A stretch of DNA of 19,661 nt, from the NCBI GenBank assembly GCA_046757525.1, contig JBHHYI010000073.1:1-19661 (forward strand), written 5' to 3'. Position 1 is the first letter of the stretch; each line of letters begins with the position of its first letter. The position numbers and the translations under genes were made by a program. Below are positions 1 to 7,381 of this stretch, one piece after another. The notes beneath the pieces are model-generated. The model saw nothing but the letters and a program-made list of their open reading frames with translations. It was not told where the DNA came from and searched no databases. Origin of the DNA: a bacterium (lineage in GTDB: Bacteria; Zhuqueibacterota; Zhuqueibacteria; Oceanimicrobiales; Oceanimicrobiaceae).

Positions 1-1397
1 GCGTAGCCGTACACATTGTATTCGCGAAAGGCCACGCTGCTCAAGTCGTCCCGGCTGGAAGCGACGGCGCCGAGCGCGCCCGCTTCATAACCCTTGCGAA
101 ACCTGCGCTTCATCTCCACAAAGGCTTTGGCGTAGTCGGGGAACAGGCGTTTTGAAGTGTGCAAATCGGACGCCACCATGAATGTTCTGCCGGCTTTTTG
201 AAAAAATTCGATCTCGTCCAAACTGTCCTCAGCGTGCCTGGGCCTGCAAACGACGACGATTTCATTGGGAATTTGGCTTAAGATCGCAGGGTGCTCAGAA
301 ATCATGTCGCTGTCCAGCAGGACCTTCTTGGAGTAACTTTTGGCGATGTCGTAGACGTGGTTGTAGTGGGAAGCAAGCACGGCCACCAGGCCCGAGCCCT
401 CGACCAGGCGCTTGCTGGCCCCCCAGCCGATTTCTTGACCGCCACCGCCGCCGATGTGGAAATAAGGCGACGGAAAGGCATCGGCGAGCTCAAATATCAG
501 CTCGTCCAGCAATTTGTAGGTTTGCTGGTTGGCGGGCGAGATCGCCGATGCGCCGGGGAATTCTGCCAGATCGCGGTAATCCGGCAGCATTAAGATGTTT
601 TCCAGGTGCCCCAGAGTTTCAAAAACCGGCAGGAGGTCCACATAATACCTCTGCGCATAGTTCGCCAGCTCGGTTACTTCTTCTTTGGTCAGGACATCTC
701 TATTCTTGCTGATTTCGGGGTGATTGGCAAATCGGAAGGCACCATTGAGATCAAGCAAATAGGTGTTCATTTTGTAGCGGCCGAGGAAGCGAATGATTCT
801 CTTGAAATCAGCAAGCGTGGATATTTGTCCGTGGCTGATATCATCGCTGATGCCGCGAATCTCAAAAGCCGGCCAATCGTAAATGGTTGCTCCGGAAACG
901 CGAATCGAATGGCTGTCTCCTTGCAGCATTTGGTTCAAACTCATGCAGCCGTAGAACAGACCCCGGGCGGCGTTGGCAAAAACCACGATCAGTGAATCGG
1001 AAACCTGTAAGAAGTAGCCTTGTTGACCGATATCCATGAGCAGACTAAAATTGGCTTTCTCGGCCATCTCGCGGGCCTTTTTGCTTTGCTTCAGATTTGC
1101 AAAGTAAACGACATTGGACCAATGGCTGACCTCATTTTCCTGCAAGACCGGCAGAGGCGTTTGCCCCAGTTCCTTGATGCGATCATTGAGTTGGGACACG
1201 ATAAAGGACTCGGCTTGCGAGCTTCCTTGACCCAATACGATCTTGGAATTTGGGTTGAAGGTAAATTGCGCGTCGAACAAAGTGACTTCTTGCGGTTGCG
1301 GAATGACCCGCACGGCCATCTCCTGGGCCGCTGCACGGCAACAAAAGGCATCGACAAGCAAGCACACCACGCTTAGTTTGTAAATCGCTCTAATCAT
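1..1397 (-). CDS. GH20-fold (beta-N-acetylhexosaminidase-like) secreted protein, 3' end beyond window edge; catalytic motif degenerate
   Basis: Not in the ORF track; translated by hand from ATG 1397 (AGGA upstream), open to base 1. Signal-peptide-like start MIRAIYKLSVVCLLVDAFCCRAAAQ, GH20 N-terminal domain motifs VIPQPQEV and GYFLQV...GLFYGCMSLNQM, then TIM-barrel motifs IYDWPAFEIRGISDDIS, RYKMN, LTKEEVTELANYA, LLPVFETLGH and FPSPYFHIGG. Confidence 0.85.
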   Translation of the reverse strand, partial: MIRAIYKLSVVCLLVDAFCCRAAAQEMAVRVIPQPQEVTLFDAQFTFNPNSKIVLGQGSSQAESFIVSQLNDRIKELGQTPLPVLQENEVSHWSNVVYFANLKQSKKAREMAEKANFSLLMDIGQQGYFLQVSDSLIVVFANAARGLFYGCMSLNQMLQGDSHSIRVSGATIYDWPAFEIRGISDDISHGQISTLADFKRIIRFLGRYKMNTYLLDLNGAFRFANHPEISKNRDVLTKEEVTELANYAQRYYVDLLPVFETLGHLENILMLPDYRDLAEFPGASAISPANQQTYKLLDELIFELADAFPSPYFHIGGGGGQEIGWGASKRLVEGSGLVAVLASHYNHVYDIAKSYSKKVLLDSDMISEHPAILSQIPNEIVVVCRPRHAEDSLDEIEFFQKAGRTFMVASDLHTSKRLFPDYAKAFVEMKRRFRKGYEAGALGAVASSRDDLSSVAFREYNVYGY

Positions 1398-1445
1398 CCT
1401 GCTATTTCCTGGATTGTTTGGCCGAACTGGCGTTCAATGTGTGAA

Positions 1446-3566
1446 TCAGGATTCAGCCAACACGAAATCTACCACCCGTTCCTCGGTGTCCACCCGCACC
1501 ACGCAGATTTTGACCGGGTCCCCCAGACGGTAGGTTCTGCGGGTCTGCTGACCGATCAGTTGATAATTCTTCTCGTCGTAATAATAATAGTCGTCTTCCA
1601 GGTCGGAAATGTGCACCAGACCCTCGACTAAAAGGTCGGTGATTTCCACAAAAATTCCGAAAGACACCACACCGGAAATGACGCCATCAAACACATCTCC
1701 CAGGTGGCGTTGCATGTACTCCACCTGCTTCATTTTCACCGATTCCCGCTCTGCCTCTAAGGCGACGACCTCCCGTTCTGAAGAGACTCTGGCGATTCGA
1801 TCCAGTCTATTCTTTTTCGCTTTGGCCCTCTGGTAGTCGATGTCCGTCTGGTACTCTTTTAGCAAGCGGTGTACGGCCAAATCCGGGTAGCGACGAATGG
1901 GCGAGGTGAAATGGGTGTAGTGCTTAAACGCCAGTCCGAAATGTCCCACGTTGTCGATGGCATACTTGGCCTTCATGAGCGACCGCAGCATGAGCTCCTC
2001 GACGATCACCTCTTCGGGCGTGCCGCGCAGGCTTTCTAAGAATTGCCGCAAGAGTTTGGCAGTGACCTTCTTATTGGGGTCGATGGGGTGACCCAAAGCA
2101 CGGACGAATTTCTTGAAATCGTCTATCTTCGTCGAATCGGGCTCTTCGTGGATTCGGTAAATGAATGGCAACACCCGGCCATTCACTCTTCGGTGCAACG
2201 CCACGTGTTCGGTTACCGTTTGATTGGCCAGGAGCATGAACTCCTCGATGAGGCGGTGACTGTCCAAGCGCTCGCGTTTCTTGATCTCGACCGGGACGCC
2301 ATTGGCATCCAACTTTATTTTTGCTTCAGGCAGGTCAAAATCCAAACTGCCCAGGTGTTGTCGCCGATTGAGCAAAATCTGACTCACCGCGTGCATGTGC
2401 AAAATCTCGTCTCCAAAGGGCGCCTGGTGATCTTTTTTAGCAATGATTTCCTGCACCTCTTCATAGGTAAATCGACGTTTGCTGCGAATGACCGTTTCGG
2501 CAATCTTGTACTTCTTTACCATGCCCTTTGGGGTGATGTCCATGATGCAGCTCAAAGTCAGACGGTCTTCGTCGGGTTGCAGACTGCAAATCTGGTTGCT
2601 GAGTTTTTCTGGCAGCATGGGCACAACGCGGTCCACCAGGTACACCGAAGTGCCCCGCTTCAGTGCTTCTTTGTCCAGCACGCTTTTTTCCTTCACATAG
2701 TAGCTGACGTCGGCGATGTGAACGCCGAGTTGGAAATTCCCATCGGCTAAGAGCTCGATGGAAACCGCATCGTCGTAATCTTGCGCGTCTTCCGGGTCGA
2801 TGGTGAAACAGGTCTGGCTTCTCAAATCCAGGCGCCGCGCAATCTCCTCTGGTGGAATGGCTTCTGAAATGGCTTGTACTTCCCTTTGCACCTCTTTTGG
2901 AAACGTGGTGGGCAACTCGAAGGCCTTGGCAACGGAGAGGACGTCCACGCCCGGGTCCTCGGGGAATCCCAGGATTTCCACGATTTCCCCTTCCGGATTC
3001 AGCCTCTCATCTTCCCAGTGTTGAATTCTTACCACAACCTTTTGACCGGACTTTGCATTCAAATTGTCAGCGTCATGCACGAAGATGTCGCGGCTAATTT
3101 TTGCATCATCCGGCACCACAAAACCGTACCGTTTAGATTTCCGGTAAATTCCGACAATGTTTTGCCGGGAGCGCTTGACGATTTCAACCACGCGTCCTTC
3201 CCGACTTTTCCCTTTGGTTTCCGCAAAAAGCTGCACGCGCACGACATCTCGGTTCAAAGCCGTACCCATGTTTTTTTGACTGATGAACACATCGCTCTGC
3301 CCCTGTTCGGTAATCAGAAATCCGTACCCCTGAGTCTTGACATGAATCTCACCTTCGATGACCGTGGCACGCTTGAGGGTGCCATAGTGGTTGCGTTTAT
3401 ATTTGGCGATCATTCCCTGGGCCGCCATCTTTTTCAGAGCGTCGCGAAAGACGGTGTAATCGACTTTTTTTACTCCAAGCTGGCGGGCGAGTTCTTTGGC
3501 TTTGAACGTGCGGTGGGGATTTTGAGAGAAGATCCTTTCTACTGCTTTAACATAATTTTTTTTCAT
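1446..3566 (-). CDS. rnr: Ribonuclease R (RNB family 3'-5' exoribonuclease)
   Basis: N-terminal HTH-like segment, cold-shock domains (GYGFL, YGFVVPDD), RNB catalytic motif TIDPEDAQDYDDA, HFGLAF...YTHFTSPIRRYPDL, C-terminal S1 domain. Start placed at ATG 3566 (MKKNYVK) because the track's extension to 3749 runs through the attC site. Confidence 0.95.
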   Translation of the reverse strand: MKKNYVKAVERIFSQNPHRTFKAKELARQLGVKKVDYTVFRDALKKMAAQGMIAKYKRNHYGTLKRATVIEGEIHVKTQGYGFLITEQGQSDVFISQKNMGTALNRDVVRVQLFAETKGKSREGRVVEIVKRSRQNIVGIYRKSKRYGFVVPDDAKISRDIFVHDADNLNAKSGQKVVVRIQHWEDERLNPEGEIVEILGFPEDPGVDVLSVAKAFELPTTFPKEVQREVQAISEAIPPEEIARRLDLRSQTCFTIDPEDAQDYDDAVSIELLADGNFQLGVHIADVSYYVKEKSVLDKEALKRGTSVYLVDRVVPMLPEKLSNQICSLQPDEDRLTLSCIMDITPKGMVKKYKIAETVIRSKRRFTYEEVQEIIAKKDHQAPFGDEILHMHAVSQILLNRRQHLGSLDFDLPEAKIKLDANGVPVEIKKRERLDSHRLIEEFMLLANQTVTEHVALHRRVNGRVLPFIYRIHEEPDSTKIDDFKKFVRALGHPIDPNKKVTAKLLRQFLESLRGTPEEVIVEELMLRSLMKAKYAIDNVGHFGLAFKHYTHFTSPIRRYPDLAVHRLLKEYQTDIDYQRAKAKKNRLDRIARVSSEREVVALEAERESVKMKQVEYMQRHLGDVFDGVISGVVSFGIFVEITDLLVEGLVHISDLEDDYYYYDEKNYQLIGQQTRRTYRLGDPVKICVVRVDTEERVVDFVLAES

Positions 3567-3673
3567 TGTTTTTTTCACAGAATTTGAAAAGTTAATGAGC
3601 CGCCGCTTAACGCGGACCAAACAAGGATGTTGAAATATTTTCTCCTTTTTGGTCTCTGTAGAATCTTTTTGCC

Positions 3674-3804
3674 GCCGATCAGCGGCGTCACCTGCGCGAA
3701 AGGGAAAGAGCACTGAACGTTCCGAAAGTACAGAGCTTGAAAAATGCACAGAACTCTGAAATCACGCCACAGCTTTCGCCTCAGGTGGACGCATTGGTTA
3801 GCTG
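3674..3804 (-). mobile_element. Integron attC-type recombination site (~130 bp)
   Basis: Minus strand reads R'' CAGCTAAC, spacer CAATG, L'' CGTCCACC, TGAGGCGAAAG, a variable loop, CTTTCGCGCA, L' GGTGACG, spacer CCGCT, then GATCGGC. L'' and L' pair except for one extra C (extrahelical G on the bottom strand), and there is a second extra A (extrahelical T). It lies just downstream of the GxxExxY stop codon. Confidence 0.8.
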
Positions 3805-3815
3805 CTTTTTTTACT

Positions 3816-3842
3816 ACCACGAAGGGCACGAAGTACACGAAG
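3816..3842. repeat. 9-nt-periodic repeat array ACCACGAAG-GGCACGAAG-TACACGAAG (left arm of inverted pair)
   Basis: Read directly; separated by 2 nt from the GxxExxY stop codon. Confidence 0.95.
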
Positions 3843-3844
3843 CT

Positions 3845-4219
3845 TTAAAGAACAAATCTCTTAATGCCGCCCTCTTTGAGAAGCTCCACATTAAGATTTG
3901 TCAGAAGTCCCACTGAAACTTTGGCTAATTTCATATAGGTCAATATCTGAACTTCATGAATTGGTAAAAACTCCTCAACCACTTTTAATTCAAGGATGAG
4001 TTGTTTCTCGACGAGCAGGTCAACTCTGTAGCCACAATCAAGACGAACGCCTTTGTATTCAACTGGCAAGGGCGCCTGAACTTGAAACTGAATATCGGAC
4101 AGCGCAAGTTCTCTGGCCAAGCACTGCTCATATGCTGACTCTAAAAGTCCAGGCCCTAAAGCCCGATGCACTTCAATCGCACAGCCAATTACTCGATTTG
4201 ACAGTTCGTCAAATTCCAC
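3845..4219 (-). CDS. GxxExxY family protein (PD-(D/E)XK nuclease superfamily)
   Basis: Signature ALGPGLLESAYEQCL (G-L-L-E-S-A-Y), YRVDLLVE...LILELK (D...ExK), and QILTYMKL...GLL. 124 aa with a GTG start; the next upstream in-frame stop is at 4273 with no alternative start before it. Confidence 0.93.
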   Translation of the reverse strand: MEFDELSNRVIGCAIEVHRALGPGLLESAYEQCLARELALSDIQFQVQAPLPVEYKGVRLDCGYRVDLLVEKQLILELKVVEEFLPIHEVQILTYMKLAKVSVGLLTNLNVELLKEGGIKRFVL

Positions 4220-4245
4220 TTCGTGCCCTTCGTGTACTTCGTGGT
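4219..4245. repeat. 9-nt-periodic repeat array, inverted copy (minus strand ACCACGAAG-TACACGAAG-GGCACGAAG)
   Basis: Plus strand CTTCGTGCCCTTCGTGTACTTCGTGGT; its last G on the minus strand is the G of the GTG start codon. Confidence 0.95.
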
Positions 4246-4337
4246 TGTATTTTCTTTCTACTCTAACACATTATGAGCACGTACTTTCTTACAGCTAACA
4301 GCGACTTCACCGCGCCCGGAACTGGTCGGGCTGGGAT

Positions 4338-6215
4338 CTACGGTTCTGCCGTCTTCTTGCCGAACTCCGGGTCGATGGGAATTAGTTTAGAAACCATAAG
4401 TGCCGGAAAGGTGGCAAGCATCACCCAGACGAAGAAATGCTTGTAACCGATCAGCTCTTGCAGCCACCCGCTAAACATTCCGGGAATCATCATTCCCAAC
4501 GCCATAAATCCCGTGCAAATAGCAAAATGAGCCGTCTTATGTTCACCCTCCGAGACGTAAATCATATACAGCATATAGGCCGTGAACCCGAAACCATAGC
4601 CAAATTGTTCTATGGCAACACAAAGATTGATGAGCCAATAGTTATCCGGCAGTGTGAGTGACAGGTACACATAAACTGCGTCTGGCAGGTTCATAGCCAG
4701 TACCATCCACCAGAGCCAATATTTCAAACCGCTTCTCGCGGCGACAAATCCACCCAACAAGCCGCCCAACGTAAGGAATAGAATGCCCGCAGTACCATAG
4801 ACAAATCCAACTTGCCCGGTGGTGAGGGCTAAGCCCCCCACTTCTTGTGCATCGAGCAAAAACGGGGCGGCCAGTTTTACGAGCTGCGCTTCAGCAAAAC
4901 GATACAAAAGCAAAAACGCCAAAATGGAACCGATGTTGTCTTTTTTGAAAAACAACACAAAGGTCTTAAAAAATTCGCCAAATAAACTCCTCGAGTTGTC
5001 GGGAATCGCAGCCGCATCGCTGCCGGGATGTGGAAGAATTCCCTTGTGGTAGAGAAAAAACAAGACAAACAAACTGGCTAAAAGAAAAAAAGTAATCGAC
5101 CACGCCAGAGGAATATTTCCAGCCCTGGCTCTGAATACGGCTTTCGATTTCGTTTGAAGCTTGGGGTCTAATTGGATGACCGCCATGAAAGGCTTGTTCC
5201 AGTTGTCCTGGTTAAAAACAAAATGGGAGCCTTCAATTAGCTTTATACTGTTGTCCCCTGCTTCACGTCCGAAATTCACCACAACGTCTTTGCCGGCTGG
5301 GGGTTTACTGGACAGACTAAAATAGAGAATGCCAAGATTGCCTGCCAGATTAACTTTGTTCGATCTCTGTTCCACGGGGCCAAACTTTTGTTTTAAGAAT
5401 GACTCGAGCTTTTGCACCACCAATTTGTCCCACCAGCTATGTTCGTCTGAAGAGGCGTTTGCTCCGGCTTGCCCGGCAAACTCTTCGGCGTAAAACCCCC
5501 GGTTTTGATTCCACTCTTTTGCAAGGTGGATGACTGAATCAGCTTCAGTCCTGGTACGCGGGATGGTGCCTATCTCTAACACCGACGGGTAAGTGATGAT
5601 TCGCGTGTTCCCATCTAAGGGAGAGACATCGATGGAATCGGGATGGAGAGACTCCGTATTCTGCACCGACGGATTCGCAACTATAGCAACAGTCTTGGTG
5701 GGCAAACCGCTTATGCTCTCAAAATACCCGGCCAGAATGATCAAGAGTCCCTGGCCAGAAATCATCGCAAGTCGATAAAAGGTGCTTCTGACCCCAACAA
5801 ACCAGGCCTGTTGGTGTTTCGAAAGACCCAACATGTAAAAGCCATCGATAGCAATGTCTTGCGTGGCAGAGCTAAAAGCTAAAAGCCAAAAGAATGCCAG
5901 TGTAAATTTGAAAAAATTCGAAACCGGGATTGTGAAAGCAACGCCTCCCAGTCCTGCACCGATAATGAGTTGCATGACCACAATCCAAAACCGCTTGGTC
6001 TTGAATATGTCGACCACAGGACTCCAGAGCGGTTTGATTACCCAGGGCAGATAAAGCCAGCTGGTGTAAAGGGCGATTTCGGTGTTGGATATTCCCAGGC
6101 GTTTATACAGGATAACCGAAACGGTCATCACGACCACATAAGGAAGGCCTTCGACAAAGTAAAGGGTAGGCACCCAACGCCACGGATTCAATTTTCTTTT
6201 CGGAGCTGAGGACAT
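4338..6215 (-). CDS. ampG: AmpG-family MFS transporter (muropeptide permease-like) with ~200-aa soluble insertion
   Basis: AmpG-type motifs WVPTLYFVEGLP, LPWVIKPLWSP, SATQDIAIDGFY, FLLLYRFAE, EQFGYGFGFTAY and TAHFAICTGFM. ATG 6215 preferred over TTG 6221. Substrate is inferred from the family only. Confidence 0.82.
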   Translation of the reverse strand: MSSAPKRKLNPWRWVPTLYFVEGLPYVVVMTVSVILYKRLGISNTEIALYTSWLYLPWVIKPLWSPVVDIFKTKRFWIVVMQLIIGAGLGGVAFTIPVSNFFKFTLAFFWLLAFSSATQDIAIDGFYMLGLSKHQQAWFVGVRSTFYRLAMISGQGLLIILAGYFESISGLPTKTVAIVANPSVQNTESLHPDSIDVSPLDGNTRIITYPSVLEIGTIPRTRTEADSVIHLAKEWNQNRGFYAEEFAGQAGANASSDEHSWWDKLVVQKLESFLKQKFGPVEQRSNKVNLAGNLGILYFSLSSKPPAGKDVVVNFGREAGDNSIKLIEGSHFVFNQDNWNKPFMAVIQLDPKLQTKSKAVFRARAGNIPLAWSITFFLLASLFVLFFLYHKGILPHPGSDAAAIPDNSRSLFGEFFKTFVLFFKKDNIGSILAFLLLYRFAEAQLVKLAAPFLLDAQEVGGLALTTGQVGFVYGTAGILFLTLGGLLGGFVAARSGLKYWLWWMVLAMNLPDAVYVYLSLTLPDNYWLINLCVAIEQFGYGFGFTAYMLYMIYVSEGEHKTAHFAICTGFMALGMMIPGMFSGWLQELIGYKHFFVWVMLATFPALMVSKLIPIDPEFGKKTAEP

Positions 6216-6395
6216 GTGCAATCAATATCTATGAACACAACCCAACATGCTGGTTAACCCAGGCCCAGAATTCTCCAACTATTTTGCCGGCGGGCCGGAC
6301 ACAATGGACGCCGACCAGGATGGCCAAGGGCAAATGAGCCGCCAGTCAAACTCAGCAAGTTTCATATTTTTGGGGTATGATTGAATAGTAAGCGA

Positions 6396-6423
6396 AATAT
6401 AGCAATTTCAGACACAATTGCAA
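6396..6423 (-). promoter_or_regulatory. Candidate sigma70 promoter for the ampG-like gene
   Basis: TTGCAA-16 nt-TATATT with a TGn extension, just downstream of the DUF151 terminator. Confidence 0.45.
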
Positions 6424-6467
6424 ATTAAAAACGCCTTCAGGAAACGCCGGACCCAGCACGGCACACC

Positions 6468-6498
6468 AAAAAAAAGGCGCAGCCCTGTTGGCTGCGCC
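6468..6498 (-). terminator. Rho-independent terminator after the DUF151 gene
   Basis: Perfect 9-bp stem GGCGCAGCC/GGCTGCGCC with a 5-nt loop, followed by T8 on the minus strand; 31 nt after the stop codon. Confidence 0.85.
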
Positions 6499-6529
6499 CT
6501 GGAAAATTCCAAACAACTGATCGCAAAGA

Positions 6530-7087
6530 TTATCTGCCAGATCGACTCCTTTTTAGCTCTTTGAGTTCATCGCGCAAGCGAGCGGCATCTTCGTAGCGCT
6601 CATCGTTGATGGCTTTCTGCATTTCCAATTCGAGGCGCTCAACGTCGCTCAACTCCGGCGTGGGAATGTCTGCGTGCTCCGGCTCTTTGTCAGAAACAGA
6701 GGCCTTCTTCATGACTTCCTCGGCTACGAATATAGGGGCCTTGACCCGCAAGGCAACCGCAATGGCGTCGCTGGGCCGCGCGTCAATTTCGGAATTGGTG
6801 CCGTTTAACTTGAGACTTATGAGCGCGTAATAGGTGTTTTCGCGCAAATCATTTACCACAACGCGCGCAATTTTTACTTCAATGGAATCCAGGAGATTTT
6901 TGATGAGGTCATGCGTAAGCGGTCTTGGCGGGGTGATGCGTTCTAATTGCAATGCGATGGCTTGTGCTTCCGTGTTTCCTACCACAATGGGTAACCAGCG
7001 CCCATTCACATCATCTTTCAAGATCACGACGAAGCGATTGGTTTGCGTGTCTAACGTAACCCGATCGACCCTTACTGCGATTAGCAT
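6530..7087 (-). CDS. Bifunctional nuclease family protein (DUF151/BFN) with C-terminal UvrB/UvrC motif
   Basis: LPIVVG..EAQAIA, PPRPLTHDL and IDARPSDAIA.A motifs; C-terminal LELEMQKAINDERYEDAARLRDEL; GGAG ribosome-binding site. Confidence 0.92.
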   Translation of the reverse strand: MLIAVRVDRVTLDTQTNRFVVILKDDVNGRWLPIVVGNTEAQAIALQLERITPPRPLTHDLIKNLLDSIEVKIARVVVNDLRENTYYALISLKLNGTNSEIDARPSDAIAVALRVKAPIFVAEEVMKKASVSDKEPEHADIPTPELSDVERLELEMQKAINDERYEDAARLRDELKELKRSRSGR

Positions 7088-7170
7088 GCCAAATTCTCCA
7101 AACTAATTCGGGATATTCCTGCCTTCCCGAACGAATATCCCTTATTTATTCTCACAAAGAAAGTAATTCT

Positions 7171-7199
7171 ATTATAAAGAAATATTCTGACACAGTCAA
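7171..7199 (-). promoter_or_regulatory. sigma70 promoter for the DUF151 gene
   Basis: TTGACT-17 nt-TATAAT in an AT-rich intergenic region. Confidence 0.75.
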
Positions 7200-7381
7200 G
7201 AAAAATCTTGTTAATAGAAACAATACTTGCAACAGTTTTCATTTTGAGACAAACCTCCCGCCGCCAGGGGAGTTTCCATGAACCATTTATGGCCACTTGA
7301 ACTTTGTCTTTGGTAAAAAATACCGTCAATGCTCAAGAACTGCCGAATCCGCTCGAGCGAGGCCCGGCCATCGGGATGAGT

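Larger units (their letters stand above)
3680..4298 (-). mobile_element. Solitary integron gene cassette (~619 bp) carrying the GxxExxY gene
   Basis: The 5' core G|TTAGCTG (4299-4292) is the exact 8-bp reverse complement of the attC R'' CAGCTAAC (3804-3797), as expected for an integrated cassette. One ORF lies between them in cassette orientation. No integrase gene is in the window. Confidence 0.75.

Noticed and set aside
182..1376. Several plus-strand ORFs (176, 100, 129, 118 aa) and short minus-strand ORFs in the track
   Set aside because: They are shadows of the real minus-strand GH20-fold gene (1-1397), which the track missed because its stop lies outside the window.
3567..3838. 61-aa N-terminal extension of RNase R (to 3749) and the 87-aa ORF 3575-3838
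   Set aside because: Both run through the attC site and palindromes and show no protein-like motifs; rnr more plausibly starts at 3566.
3816..4245. CACGAAG arrays as a CRISPR array
   Set aside because: The units are 9 nt with no spacers, there are only three per arm, the arms are inverted, and no cas genes are present.
6279..6365. 28-codon minus-strand ORF (MKLAEFDWRLICPWPSWSASIVSGPPAK) in the ampG leader
   Set aside because: No ribosome-binding site, no recognisable motif and no attenuator structure; cannot be supported.
7081..7329. 82-aa ORF upstream of the DUF151 gene
   Set aside because: It spans the AT-rich promoter region and has no recognisable features.
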